Under the pieces are notes generated by a model that did not search any database, had not been told where the DNA came from, and worked only from the letters and a program-made list of their open reading frames with translations. Shown piece after piece: positions 1 to 15,008 of a stretch of DNA of 64,000 nucleotides. The stretch is from assembly GCF_009914755.1 (NCBI RefSeq), contig NC_060925.1; one strand, 5' to 3'. The DNA comes from the human T2T-CHM13v2.0 reference genome, Homo sapiens. A program made the position numbers and the translations under genes. Each line of letters opens with the position of its first letter. Within the stretch, counting starts at the first letter, position 1.

Positions 1-59
1 TGTCCAACATAAACTGCATTGTTTATGCAGTTAGGCTTTTTGTCACCATAGATTAGGTT

Positions 60-725
60 TCCTTTATCTAGAATTTCATGAGTAGAATTATATAGTATTT
101 ATTCTTTTGTGCCTGGCTTTTTATTAAGCATAATGCTTTTGAAATTCATCCATGTTGTTGCATGTATCAGTTGTCTGTTCCTTTTTATTGCTGAGTAGTA
201 TTCCATTGAAATAATACGGCAGAATTTGTTTATCCATTCACCCGTTGATAGACATTTGGCTTATTTCCAATTTGGAGATATTATGAATAAAGCTGCAGTT
301 AACATTCAAGTAGAAGTCTTTCTGTGGACATTTACTTTCTTAAGGTAAATATATAGGAGTGGAATTTCTTAGTCATATGGAAAGTGTATGTTTAAGGTTA
401 AGAAAAACTGCCAAACTGTTTTCCAAAAGTACCTTTTTACATTTTTACTTGCAGTGTGTGAGAGTCCCAGGTTCTCCACATCCTAATCAACACTTTGTAT
501 TGTCAGTCTTTTTAATTTGAGCCATTATTGTGGATTTTAATGGTTCAGTGATTTTAATTGTGGCTTTAACTGCATTTTTCTGATGATTAATAATATTAAG
601 CATCGTTTCCTGTACTTAATGACCGTTTGTATATTTTCTTTTGAGAAGTGTCTCTGTAAATCATTTGCCCTTTTTAATGAGGTTGTCATCCTGTTACTTA
701 TTTGTAAATGTTTTTTACATATTCT
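60..725 (-). mobile_element. Old L1M-type LINE-1 3' fragment
   Basis: Typical antisense L1 3'UTR text (ttcatccatgttgttgcatgtatcagt...ttttgagaagtgtct). Confidence 0.75.
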
Positions 726-1661
726 AGATTTGTGTTTCACAACCAAGGAAATCTTATCCACCAAAGGATATTTGAAAATGTCTAGAGACATTTTTGGTTG
801 ACACAGTTGAGGGAGGCCTGTACCTGTCTCCCTTCCTCTTTTCTCCATCTCTCCCTTGCTCGCTCCCTCTTCCTCCTTTTGAGCTTTCTAGATCACTTTA
901 TATTAACCTGGGGTTGTGGGAGCCCTGATTTTTTATTTCATTTTTTTCTCCATTCTTCAGTTTAGATATCTTTTATTGATCTACCTTTAATGTCTTTTAT
1001 ACTTCTACAGTATTCAATCTGCAGTTAAGTTCATCTAGTGAATTTTCATCTGAAATGTTGGACTTTTTAGCTCTAGTATTACTTTTTGATTCCATTTTCT
1101 AGTTTGTTTCTTCTGCTAAGATTTCTTGTCTTTTTGTTCATTATGTTCAGCTGTTTAATTTGTTAAAGTATTTGTCTGCTAATATCAATATCTGGTTACC
1201 ATGTTTTTATTTTGGGTCACATTTTCCTGTTTCACATGTCTAGAGAGTTTTGATTATGTGCTGTACTTGTGTGTGATACATTTTGTAGGGTTATGAATTA
1301 TGTTACCTTTCTTTAAAAGTTATGAGCTTTGTTCTGGCAGGCAATTAAATTACTAAAGGATCTTGAACCTGTTAGGCTTGTTTCAGTACTTTGTTAGGAG
1401 TAGGTATCCTCTTCTAGCTTTATTTGTAATTTTAGGGCAGGGCTCCTTTTCAAGGCTGTAGTTCTTATTTTTAAGATGTTGCTTTTCTGGAATCTTATTT
1501 AACTGAATGCCAGAGGGGCTCAGCAAGAACTCTCTACTTTTATTGAGTTGGAACTACTCCATCTACCCACATATGACCTCTGATATCTGATATCTCCAGT
1601 TACCTTAGTCCTAAAGCAGCTATCTCCCGTTACCTCTTAGTCCTAAAGCAGCCTTTCTTTC

Positions 1662-2055
<394 letters not shown>

Positions 2056-2251
2056 AGCAGCCTTTCTTTCCTTGAGGATTCTTGCCCTGCCCAGGTGCAG
2101 TTAGGCCTTAGCCAAGGTCTTAGGGAAACGCTTATGCAACTTTTATGCCACCCCTCTGGCACAGTTCCCTTCCTTCTTGTACTGTATCTACTAACTCTAG
2201 CCTCAAGTTCTTCGCCTCCTCAGTTCAGGGAAATCATCTGTCTTTATTTGG

Positions 2252-2615
2252 TATATTAGTCCGTTTTCACACTGCTGATAAAGACATACTCAAAACTGGG
2301 AAATTCACAAAAGAAAGAGGTTTAATTGGACTTACAGTTCCACATGGCTGGGGAGGCCTCACAATCATGGCAGAAGGCAAGGAGGAGCAAGTCACATCTT
2401 ATGTGGATGGCAGCAGGCAAAGAGAGCTTGTGCAGAGAAACTCCTGTTTTTAAAACCAGATCTTGTGAGACAATCCATTCCCTATCACAAGAACGACAAA
2501 GGAAAGACCTGTCCCCATGATTCAGTCATTTCCCATGGGGTTCCTCTCACAACACCTGGGAACTACAGGAGCTACAAGATGAGATTTGGGTGGGGCACAG
2601 AACCAAACTGTATCA
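2252..2615 (-). mobile_element. THE1-family MaLR solo LTR
   Basis: tattagtccgttttcacactgctgataaagacatac ... gagatttgggtggggcacagaaccaaactgtatca. Confidence 0.88.
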
Positions 2616-4259
2616 CTTAGGTCTCACCTTTCTATGCTGTGATAGAAAGTACTCTTATGCAGCAAGCCAGGGGGAATGTGGGGCTTGTCAGTGTGTTTCT
2701 GTCTCTCAGGTCCTCTGCTGCCTGTTGTCCAATACCTAAAAACAGTTGTTTCATATATTTTGTCCATTTTTTTTTTTGTTGTTACTGCTGTTTTAAAGTG
2801 GAGAATAATCGGGTGCCATTTATTCTATCGTGATCGACAGCTTAAGTCCTCCCAAACAACTTTAAGAAAAGAAAATTTAACATAAAAAATTTTGAAATTA
2901 TAATACACTGGTAATTAAACAGAAGGTAAATCAGTTGTGATTTCTTTTTCCTTTTTCAAGTAGCTATTTGTAACATACCAATAAGTGAAAGAAATTTTAT
3001 TACTTGCTTGGTGTTCAAAGGCTAATGTGATAGGTAGCTATGTTATGAGCTGGTACAATAGTAATTTGTTCATGCCCTGTAAAAGGAGCCATTTGTTGTT
3101 AACAAATATTCTTCAGAACATGACAACACTATCCAAAGAAAATTGTTAGGGCTGGTATATCCATGATAAAGCTCTCCCAGAGGCTGAACTCCCTTCATTA
3201 TAACTTAGATAAGACGAGAGTTACTGGGTTTCTGCTATAAGCAATATTTTACCAAGAGGGCCCCTTAAGACAGGAACTGGTCATTACTTCTGTTGTCTTC
3301 CCTGTCACTGGTGCTCAGGATTGTTTAGCCTAAGCAGGAGTGACACTTTAAATTTCGTGAGACCATTCAGAGTGTCTTTGTTGATTTCCTAGAACCTCAT
3401 CCTCCTCTGGAGTAATCGATGTTAGTTGGTTTTCCTGTTTTCATTTCTGCCTTTCACATAGCCCATAATACTGAATATAGTTGGCTTCACATGTTCTAAA
3501 AAGACATGTTCACATTGTTTGTTATCATCATTAAAGTACTATTATGTAGAATCCCTAAAATTGTATACAACGTAAAATAATGACTTTATGCTTTGAAGTG
3601 GCAGGTTCATTTCTTAACCAATTCTGGGCAACGGACTTAGCTTTGTGTGTGTGTGTTGTACTTTATTTTGTTCTAGTTTTTTGGGCTGAGATAATGTGTT
3701 TCATGCACATGCTTGTATAAATATGGATTTTATACATATAATTAAAAATGTTTATATAGAAGATACTTCTAACAATACTTAGCAGGTTTTTTGTTTTGGT
3801 TTCTTTTTGTCATGTATCGTCTTCTTGCTAGATGCCTTGCTTTTACAAGACTGATTAAAAGTTTTCAAGGTGTTGTTTGTCACTGGTCTTGAGTATAGTA
3901 CAGTTCTGAACAAAAAGAGAATACCTAGCACCAGTATAAGATTCAAAAGAAATCAGTAATCTTTCTGGCTTATGCTTTTAAAGCATGTTATATTTGCATT
4001 TAGTTGCTTTGTTTTTCCCATGAGTTCTTCAAGGTTTCATGCATTTTTTTTCTCAGCTAAATGCTGACGAAGTTGTCTGTATTGGCACAGGTACTTTTTA
4101 AAAATAAACTGATACTTGAAGCAGCCAAAGATCTACATAAAACAGTATTGTAGAGGTGAGACTTATTTCCCAGCATTATTAGATAAAAATATATTTCCCA
4201 TAAAGTGTTTTTCAAATGATTAAGATAATGCTATTTAAGTGCTAGAATTGGAATACAAC

Positions 4260-4592
<333 letters not shown>

Positions 4593-5757
4593 TGAAACAT
4601 TTAGCTTAGACCCTATTTCGTAGTTGAGATAAGAACCAAAAAAGTGGCAAACAAAGGTACTCTGAGAGCCAGGATCCCAACCCTGGTTCTCCTGACTCCT
4701 AGTGCAGTACTCTGCTAAAGAGAGACAAGTGTATAAGGCCAATATGCCGCACCAAGGTGAGCCTAGAATTCTCTGCTTAGGCATTGCTGGGTCTTTTGCT
4801 ACTGATGTGTGATAGGTGCTGCTTACAACCTCTCTCACCTACACTTACTCTTCTGTTTGCTCTGATTCCCTGAGCTTGCCCATATTCAGTCTCCCAATTT
4901 GATGGACTCCTATTAACCTTTAAAAACTCCAACTCAGATGGCTTCTTTTCTAAGATATATTTTCAACCCCCTTTCCATACCCTTTTTACCCCATAGATAC
5001 TATTATACCCTGTGCATCCTTCTGTTATTATTGTATCAAATTATAATTGGTTGCAGTTTTTTCTCTACTAAAGTGTAAGTTCTTAGTAATGTCTTGTCTT
5101 CTCGTGTTTTTTAATCCTAAAGCCTGATATAGTGTCTTTTGAATTAATTAAATGGAGATTGCAGTGCTGGAACACATGGGGTTTAAAAATAAGCTCTGAG
5201 TAAAAGGCCCGAATGTTTGTTTTTAGTATCATGTGACTTCTTGCTGCTTTTTTCTCCTTTTTGCTTATTTCCAGAATTTAGACACATTCTAGATAGTTAA
5301 GGCTGCCAAGTCTGTGTGTTCAGATCACTAGTTCTTAAATATCGGGTCCATGAGCAAGCTGCATATAACTCACCTATGGATTTTGTAACAATACAGTGGG
5401 TTTTCTGATTTAGTGAGTCTGGCATGGATCCCAGGATCCTTTTTGTTTTGTTTTGTTTATTTTAAATCTATCAATCAGGTTATTTTGATGATCAGCTGAG
5501 GTTAGGAACCAAGCTTCAGGATAAGGTGTTATACAGCAGTATGAGATGGCTTGGAGCAGACTCTTCCTTGCTTTAGTAGTTCTGTAAGCTGCTTAAGAGC
5601 TTGTGAGTTTCTTATTTCTAGTCCCCAACACGTATAGCACATAGTTTGTAGTAATGAGAATATAAATTAGTCACCTTTAAGATGTTTTTAATCCAGGTTT
5701 TGATTAATTCTAAAAATGGTGACTGATTAACCTTTTTATTTTTTATTGTCATTTAAG

Positions 5758-5873
5758 GAGTGTTCAGCCTGGGTGTTCCTGTAGATGCTCTCTTCTTTAT
5801 TGGTAACCAGTTGGTGGCCACGAGTCATACAGGGAAAGTGGGAGTGTGGAATGCTGTCACTCAGCACTGGCAG
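5758..5873 (+). CDS. KCTD3: KCTD3 internal coding exon (probably exon 10): (G)[38 protein letters not shown]
   Basis: tttaAG acceptor and CAG|GTTAGT donor; 116 nt; WD40-like peptide joining in frame to the next exon. Confidence 0.93.
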
Positions 5874-6299
5874 GTTAGTTTAAAGCATATTACAGAAGTG
5901 AAAATATTTCTGAAATGTATGCTGATTATGTATTTTTTTTTTCCTTGTAGAATTCGTACTGTTTCTGGTTTTGGTTATACAAATATTGAATAAATGTAGT
6001 GGTAAATTTTTTTGCTAGATGCATATTTGAGCATATTTTCAAGAGTTTAAGTTACTTTGGAAAATAAGTGAGTTTTTTAAACTGTGGTTTTGCATTTCTC
6101 CATTTATTTTAAATGTTCGAAGTTCTATGCCTTGAGCATGGTAGTCCAGGCAAATTTTATTTCCAGAATAGGAGCACAGATCTGTGTGAAAACCCATAAT
6201 CTGTTCAGAGATGATAGCATGCTAAATACTCTCAAGTACTTGAGAGGAATAAGAAAGAGATAAGACTTTAAAAAGGTTAATACCTGATTCTTAAAGGAA

Positions 6300-7400
6300 A
6301 GAGGAAAAAATTAAGGACTTTAAGCAGGGAGTGACATAATCAGATCCATGTTTTAGAAAGATAACAGTGGTTGCTAAAATGAAAAGTGGACTGGAGGTCA
6401 GGAGGGAATTTACTACAGCAATCCAGCAATCAAGAAGCAGAGCACCTCAACTAATGGCAGTGGTGGTCGAGGTGGCAAAGATGAGTACATTTGAAGAATA
6501 TTTCATAGACCTTCCTAAAATGACAGGTCTGCTGTCTGATTGATGTGAGAAATTAAAGGAAGAGAAATGTATTTCTAATTTTGGGTTTCTAGTTTGACAA
6601 TCCAGTAGCTAGTAGTATTTTGAATTGATAGGAAACATAGGAAGAGAAGCAGAGAGGCTGGTGGGTAGGGTGAAGAATTATTAGATTGATTAATATGTTT
6701 ACTTTGAGATCCCTATGGTTGTTCAAGTGTAGATGTTAAGTATATAGTTGGAAGTACTCCTTTGGAATTTGGGAAAGAAGAAAGGGTGAGAAATATTTGG
6801 AGTCCATAATATTTATGTGATAAAAAATTAATAAGATTTTCCATTGAGTGGGTATATAGAAAGAAACAAAAGTCAAAATTAGAACTCTGGGGGAACATTA
6901 GCATTTAAGGGGACAGGATAGACAACCAAGAGCCAAAGGGACACATTATATGATGGAGAAATGACATTAATTTTGGCAGTAGATATCATTTGCAAATATA
7001 TATTAGTTAGGTGTTGGTGGAAGAAAGCTAGGTTGCAGGAAATGAGGAAGTAAAAGATCAGAGAAGAGAGACAGCAAATTCAAATACCTTTCAAGAAGTT
7101 TGGTGGTGAAGGAAAGCAGAGAATCCAAGTGATAGCTTAAGGATCAAGGCTGGTTTGAAAAAAAAGATAATTGGTGCTTTATTTTTCCTCTAGGTTAGGA
7201 CAGGCTTGAGCACACTTGTAGCTAGAGAGGAGAGTTGCCAGAAGGACCTGAAGACTGAAAGAATGGAGATTATTTCCGGTCCCATAAAAGTCAAGAGTGT
7301 ATATGGGATCTACAGCACAGCTAGAAAGGTTTGACCCAACAGGGAGTAGAGACATTTCTTTCTCTGTGACAGAAGGGTAAGGAAGGAGTAAAGAGAAAGA
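6300..7400 (-). mobile_element. Degraded L2 fragments
   Basis: L2-like purine-rich text (gactttaagcagggagtgacataatcagat...). Confidence 0.5.
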
Positions 7401-8499
7401 CGTTGAAGAATATTATCAAATACTGCAGAGATTAATCGTACATTTGCAGTAGACCTGGGATCCCATGTAGTTCTTTAGTTACATAATCAAGGTAGATTTT
7501 AAGTATTTGAGTCAAATGAACCAGGTTTGTATGTAATCTTAAAAGTTTTTTGCAAAATCATCAGGACAGTTTCAATAAAATATTAATGAAAATGTTATAA
7601 AAGCGTTGACTCTGATTTGGGTAAGAAAAGTAAAAAAAAAAAAAAAGAAATGTTTCAGTTTCTTGTTTCCTTTTTTTGTTTAATTCCACCCCCTCGCCCA
7701 CACACACAGAATTACGTTACAAAAGAATATTAATAAGGAATTAATTGGTATTGTCAAATAGGTAGCCTAGGCTGTTACATAGCCTAATAGCAATTTTTAG
7801 GCACTGCTTCCCAAGTTGATATTTTAAATTTAGATTTATATTGGAAACATAGGTTATACATGTTTCATTCTCATATCAACGTAGACAGCTTTGGAAGTTG
7901 GCTCTAGAAAGGCATTATGTACTTTACTTCCTAAAGAATCAGATAACTCTGTGTGTATTCTGAGAAATAAGAGATCTTCAGCCATAGTACCATCTGAGTG
8001 ATAGCCTAGCCTCTAAATACACAGTGGAGGCTGAGTTTGGGGAGGAAATATTGGTTCTGGGAACAAGAATTCAAAGTGAATTTCTGTGGTCTGATGGGCT
8101 AGGCTGGACAAGAATTTGGGAGACTTGTTTGATTTAGCTTCTCTCTTTCCTGTTGTGAGGCACCTGTAGCACTGATGTTAGAAGCACACTTTTTCTGTGT
8201 GTGTGATAGGTTTACAGACCTCTGCATATTAGGAATAGGAATAAGGCAGGCATCCTAGGAATCCTAGGCCCACATTTTGTTGGGGAGAGAGGGGATTGAC
8301 TTTTCAGTATTGTCTTGACTGCTGTCTTAACTGTGGTCTGTTTGCTTACTTACAGAATTTATAGTAAGAAATATGAGATACTTACTTAGATTTAGACTTT
8401 CTAAATTTATATATAGAAATACTAGATACAAATATTGAAACAATGTATATTGTTTATACTAAGTATTAAGTTAATTGACTAGTTTGTTTATACACACTT

Positions 8500-9900
8500 T
8501 CATACCACATACCAAAGTAAAGGCTCTGGGATCTGGGATTTTAGCAAAAGTAGGAGGCATGATTTCATGGGACAGTAGAAATTGAGCCTCCTACAAAAAT
8601 CTGAAGTTTTAAGTTTCTCAGTCCCTGAGAAGACTGGGAAAAGTTTGCCCAGTAATCTTGGAACAAGAAAGTTTGATGTGTGTTTGGTGTCTTGGAATGG
8701 GAAAAGGAGATGCAAGAGGAAACCATTAGAAATTGAAACCAACATATTCAAATTAGGAGTGAATTGAAGCACAAAGACTTGCCTTTGTTCTATGAGAACT
8801 CCAATTTGAGAAACTGATCTAGGACTATTGACATTTCTAGATACAGATATGACACCAGTTAGAACACTTTCTCAGAAGAGAGCACACAAGAATCCTGTAG
8901 AAAGAGTAATTTCTGCTAAAATAACCTCCCAAAACTTATAAACTTCACATGGAAACAAATAACGAAAAGTCATTAAACAAGAAAAAATTTGCAATCCCCA
9001 AATTGGAAATAATGGAACAATTAGAAAGCTGCTGTATTGAAGGAATAGGACAAATCAGAAAATGGAGGGAAATAAAATACTGAAAATTAAAAGGTCATTG
9101 AAAAAAAATTTTTAATTTTATTTAATGGTTAAATAGAAGCGCAGCTAAAAGAAAATTAGTAAATTGACAGACACGTCTGAGAAAATCATTTCCAGTTGAG
9201 CCAAGAGTGAGATAGAAAATATGAAAAAGAAGGAAAAAGTGAGAAAGCATTTCAGATAGGAACAGACTAGAGGAGCCATATTGAAAAAGATAACAACTGC
9301 TAACATTTTGGAGAAATGAAAATGGGCATGAATTTATTGATTAAAGAAATGTACCAAGTCTTGGCAGCCTGAATGTTTAAATGTGCTATAATAAAAGATA
9401 AATTATGATAAAAAGTATTCATAGAATAGTGACAGTTTGCCTGTCATTAGACTTTGATCAGATTTCTCATCACCAGTAGTAGACACCAGAAGACGACAAC
9501 GGGCATTCTCCAAATGGTAGAGAAAGTAACTTTCAGCCTAGGTTTTCATACACAGCAAAACTATCATTCAAACCTGAATGAGAAGGGTTTTTTTTCAGAG
9601 AGAATTTTTGAAAGGACTACTAAAGAAAAATGCCTTTTGAGAAGAACGTTATATTTGAAGGGGAAGAAATGGAATGCATTAAGCAGTGATTAGGAAAGAT
9701 GTTGGTAAATACGATGGTAAATTTAGATAAGTGATTATTTAAAAAGTAATGGACGAAGGTTAAAACATCCTGTAAAAAATAATGATAAGTTTACAGGTAT
9801 AGAGATTGTAGTTAAAAGATTCTAGGGGCCTTATATGGGAAGATAGACTGGTATTTTAAAACTGTAAATTTAAATTTACATGTAGAAATTAGTGGTAATC
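8500..9900 (+). mobile_element. Highly degraded old L1 (ORF1-region-like)
   Basis: A-rich with L1 ORF1-like phrases (atcagatttctcatca, cagcaaaactatcattcaa). Confidence 0.45.
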
Positions 9901-11316
9901 ACTGTGTGCTACCTTATAAGAGAAAAATCCACTTCCATTTTATATTTGTGACCACATGACTGAACCATGCATACTAATCAGTATGGTTTCTTGGATTCTT
10001 GCCATGAAGTTGTTAGGACGAAGAAGAGGAGGCCACACAGTGGCTGCTTCCTTGCTTGTGCTGGGAGAGAAGAACTCAGCAGTTGTAACTCACTGTAACT
10101 CTGCTTATCCTCTGCTTTCTCTGTTTTCCCGTATGGAGGGGTAGACATGGAAAGAAAGGCAGATCATGATTAAAGGTTACAGAAGGAGAAGTAGCAAGGC
10201 TTTAATCCTAGAGCCCATCCTCCCAGAGAATAAATGGTAAAAATGTTTGCCTTTGTGCCTTGGGAAGCGCTAGGCTCCTGCTGCTCTTTCATTGAAAAAA
10301 AAAAAAAAAAAAGAATGTATCCAAAGGGAGAAGAATCTCATGGCCTTATCTGTCCCCATTTTCCTGCCATGAAGAATCTGGGGCAGGAGTTGAAGCCCTT
10401 TCCTTTAGTGCTAGAACTAAAATGATTTAGCTAACTTGAGTAAGAAAATTGGTTAGTGGTGTGTAAAGCAGTCTCCCCTCCATCCTTTAGACATCTTTAC
10501 TGATATCACTGAAAAGTACTCAATGTTTTCCTGGTATAAAATGTTTTGGCATTGGCTTTAATTAAAAGCCTGACCTCAGGATAGGGCATGATGATTGAGT
10601 TCTTTGAGATATTTCTTGTGTAACTCATAACTGCATGACATTGAGAGGGTACAGAAATTAGGATTATATACAGGAAGAGCTTAGAGGAATGATTATTTCC
10701 AAGTTTTAGTTATTTCTGTTTTTAATTAGAATGAACCTAGATTCTGTGCTTTTTTTACTTGCTCTTCAGATATTCCCTTTCCCCTTGCCCTACCTAACTC
10801 ATAGTTGACTTCAGTCTTCAAGCTTCACTTCCTCTGTGAACCTTCCTTGATCTTTGCTCTTCACCCACCAGCACTGAGATGGCAGTTCTTCCCCTCTCTC
10901 CTGTGATTGTATTGTAGTCTATTTTAGTGCCTGTCACACTATAATTGTCTGTTATTTTTCTTTCTCACAAGTTACCAGCTCCTAGAGAGCAAGGGGATAC
11001 CTCACATCCCTTATCTCTAGTTCATTGTTTGTTTTCTTGGATAATATGTGGTACATAAAAAGTACTTAAATGTTAAGCAGATAATGTTTAGATTTTAACT
11101 TTTCAAATGAAAGCCAGGTATAGTATATGAAAAGTAAAAGTCCCTTAACATTTTTAACTTTTAAATTATTGGAAATCTTTTAGACTTGTATGCAAAACTT
11201 GGTGTCTTAGTAATTCAAATGTCATCTGTGAAGAAGCTTAACAGGCTTGTCTGGCCTGGCTGTAAACAGGGAAGATTCATTTTGATGAATAGTAGAATAT
11301 CACTCTAGTAAAATAG

Positions 11317-11592
<276 letters not shown>

Positions 11593-12268
11593 CAGGTTTC
11601 TTTTAGCACAAATATGGGAAGGTATTAATTTGTAAACTAGATTGATTTTCCTGGAAAAACTAATTTTTTTATTCCTATACTTTAAAAAAATAAATACAAA
11701 TGAGACTTTGTTTCCCTTGCCATTTCCTAGAAAAGAAGTAACCTTTAGCAAGGAGAATGAAAAATAGAGAATACCACCTTTTCAGAGAAATAATAAATTA
11801 TCAAGGGAGCAAGTACTTTCTGGAAATCAGTTGCTTTGTTTACTAGTTCTGATTCTGTCACTTGCTTACTGTGTAACTTTGGACAGGTCATTTAATCTCT
11901 TGTATGAGAAAGGGAAAAGAGAGGGACCTGGTCAGACTCGGCCTTCCAGTTCTAGTGGGCTGCAATCTAGTGATCACATGCAAAAAAAGAGGAGACAACC
12001 AATCGAAATTGAGAAAGGAAAGTACTGCTGTGGGAAATACAATTTAAAAAAAATATTTTGAAGGAAGTATATTGATGGTTCTCCTCTGTAGCATGTTTGT
12101 GTATATGTGTGTGCACGCGTGCACCTAAAGAAAGTTTATTTCCTAAGCCCTACTAAAATTGGATATTGGTTGCCTCTTTACCAGAAGAATCAAAGTTTTG
12201 AGGAAATTGACCAGAAAATAGAAATTATAATTACTATCTAACATCTGATAATACTCTCACTACATCAG

Positions 12269-12356
12269 GTTCAAGATGTTGTTCCTATAACTAGTTATGA
12301 CACTGCTGGATCATTCCTTCTGCTTGGATGTAACAATGGATCAATATATTACATAG
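12269..12356 (+). CDS. KCTD3: KCTD3 exon (~11): [29 protein letters not shown]
   Basis: catCAG acceptor, TAG|GTAAGT donor, 88 nt, phase 0 to 1, open frame. Confidence 0.93.
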
Positions 12357-12486
12357 GTAAGTGTTCAGTCACTTAAAATGCTCCTGCTTAATGTAATTTT
12401 TTAAATGAGAACAAGAAAACATTACCTTTCAGTTTTAAATAGATATGCTATTTATTTTAATGCTGTTTAAAATTTTTATGTTTTAG

Positions 12487-12603
12487 ATATGCAGAAGTTC
12501 CCCTTGCGAATGAAAGATAATGATCTTCTTGTAACTGAACTGTATCATGATCCTTCAAATGATGCTATTACTGCTCTGAGTGTTTACCTCACACCCAAAA
12601 CAA
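12487..12603 (+). CDS. KCTD3: KCTD3 exon (~12): [39 protein letters not shown]
   Basis: ttttAG acceptor, CAA|GTTAGT donor, 117 nt, phase 1 to 1. Confidence 0.93.
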
Positions 12604-14533
12604 GTTAGTACATGGCCAATTATATACATTCTTGACTTTTTATCTTTTTATTCATTAGTTTATTATGTGACTAGGTCAAATTAAACTGGTTTATTTCTTT
12701 TTGAGAACTGCAGTGCCTAAGGATTTCATCTCTACTAAGTCTAAAATTTGTATTCAGTTTTATACTGAAGTCAAACATGACCAGTAAACAAACATAATTT
12801 GAGGTGGAAAATTGGAACTCCCCTTACGCTGAATTGCATTTGTTGAGCCATATTATTATAATGTTAGCTGAAATTTCAAAAAAAAAAAAAATTCTGCACA
12901 TTTGTCTTCCTATTAAAATAACTAATTTTTCACTTAAAAATTAGGAGCTTTTTAAAAAATAAAAAGTTCTTAGACTACTGCTGGAAACTAAGCTTATTTT
13001 CTTGGGAATTTAAAAATTTAAGCTGTAGAAAAAAGGCATTTTATAACTTTCAGTGCATTTTAGAGGCCATTGCAATAAAAGTAACAGACTAGTTCTGTAA
13101 AGTAGTAAGAATTTTTGTATTCTGGAGTAAAAGATAAGCACAAATGGGAAATTTAAAATTTATCTGTAATGAAAGGAGTTCTAAGAAACAATTTGTATTC
13201 AGTAATACTAATAGGTTTGGATGTGCTACTTATATAAGTCATCATTTCATTTAAGTTATTAAAAGAAACCATAATTTTTAGTATGAAAGAAATATTCAAG
13301 AGTATACCTATGAATTTGACTGAAACCATAGTAGGACTTAAATTGTATTGCTCTAGAAATAGGGTTTAGTAAACCACGGATTTCTAGCCAAGCTGGCTCT
13401 TTTTGATACCACTGTCTTTGGATGTTTTTATGCCACAATGACAGAATTGAGAGGTTGTGACAGAGACAGTGTGGCATGCAGAGTTTAAAATGTTTACTAC
13501 TTGGCCCCTTACGGAAAGTGTACCAACCCCTGCTCTAGAATGAGCTGTGGATTTTTTTTTTAAATCTAGTTAAAAGGCAGGCATAAAACTGGGAAAGTTT
13601 TACAAATCAAAGCACTTCTTTTGTAGTGGCAGGGGGATTTTAAGGCATGAAAAATGGAGTCATCTTTCTGGTTCTAGGAGGTGTTTTTCATGACATGCTT
13701 TTTTTCCTTTGATTCAAGTATTTTCAGATGAATCAGTTAGTAAAACTAGAACAGCCAGTAAAGCTAAGATGTTCTCTATCCATGAAGCTTTTAAGAGTAT
13801 AGGTCACTGAATTTTTTCCTATCTAAATTTGCAATGGGGTCTGGGCACTTTTTGAAAAAAAGAAAACAAAAGACACAGCTGAACCTTAGATGATTAGAAG
13901 AAACAACATATTTTAAGTATGATGTAAGCAATGTAATGGGTATGTTTATTCCCTAGCACAGTGTTTTGAAACTTAAATAGTATATTTAATGCTTGATTAT
14001 TTGAGAATGATTTAGTATTGTAGTTTAAGTAAAGCAGATGGTAATTCTAGGCTAGACATAATAAGGAATATTGCTTTTGGAATACTATGCTGTTTCAGTA
14101 GTGTTCTTGGCATGGCAGATTTATGAATTCTTTAAACTATGTTGAGTACCTGCGGTGTCTCAGGCACTCTGTGAGGTGACAGATAAAAAGATGATTATGA
14201 TTCAGTCTTTGTCAATAAGGAATAGAAGTAGCTAGACATAGAAATAAGTACAGAATTAGTGTGTTATAATTACTGTGATAGAACCTAATAGTGCAAGGCA
14301 GGAGGTGAATAGTTACGTCTTGGAGTGAGGGTTAGGAAAAGATTTATCAAGGAAATAATGATTTTAAGATGACCGGAGAAGTCTTAAGATTTTTTTTTTT
14401 ACTGAACTGGATTTGGGGCTGATATAAACAGTGAATCCAGCTCTGCCTATTTTATCATAGGGAAGCTTTGCGAGGGTAGCTTTTTTATTATCGTTCCATA
14501 ATGTATCACCTGTCAACTCTTGACTTTATATAG

Positions 14534-14704
14534 GTGTCAGTGGTAACTGGATCGAGATCGCCTATGGTACGAGCTCTGGAGCAGTACGAGTGATTGTACA
14601 ACACCCAGAGACAGTTGGGTCAGGTCCTCAGCTTTTTCAGACTTTCACAGTTCACCGAAGTCCCGTAACAAAAATCATGCTATCAGAGAAGCATCTTGTA
14701 TCAG
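14534..14704 (+). CDS. KCTD3: KCTD3 exon (~13): [57 protein letters not shown]
   Basis: tatAG acceptor, CAG|GTAAAA donor, 171 nt, open frame. Confidence 0.93.
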
Positions 14705-14865
14705 GTAAAATGATTTCATTATACTGGTAAGGAACTTGGCTCTGTGTGTTATTTTCATTAAAAGAATGAAAACGCAGTGTTTATGTGAGAAAAATATACT
14801 AAAAGAAGTACTAGAAAAGTTTAATGACTGAAGAAATTATGATTGTCTTTTAAAGATTTCTTTGA

Positions 14866-15008
14866 GCTGGTCGTGGTGGCTCATGCCTATAAATCCTAGC
14901 AGTTTAGGAGGCCAAGGCAGGTGGATTGGTTTAGCCCAGGAGTTGAAGACTAGCCTGGGCAACATGGTGAAACCCCACCTCTACCAAAAAAGAGGAAAAC
15001 AAAAAAAA
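14866..15008 (+). mobile_element. Alu monomer (FLAM/left-arm-like)
   Basis: Single arm followed by an A-rich tail. Confidence 0.8.

Noticed and set aside
12230-12268. Possible U12-type intron given the weak pyrimidine tract
   Set aside because: The partner donor is GTTAGT, not GTATCC/ATATCC, and there is no TCCTTAAC branch box
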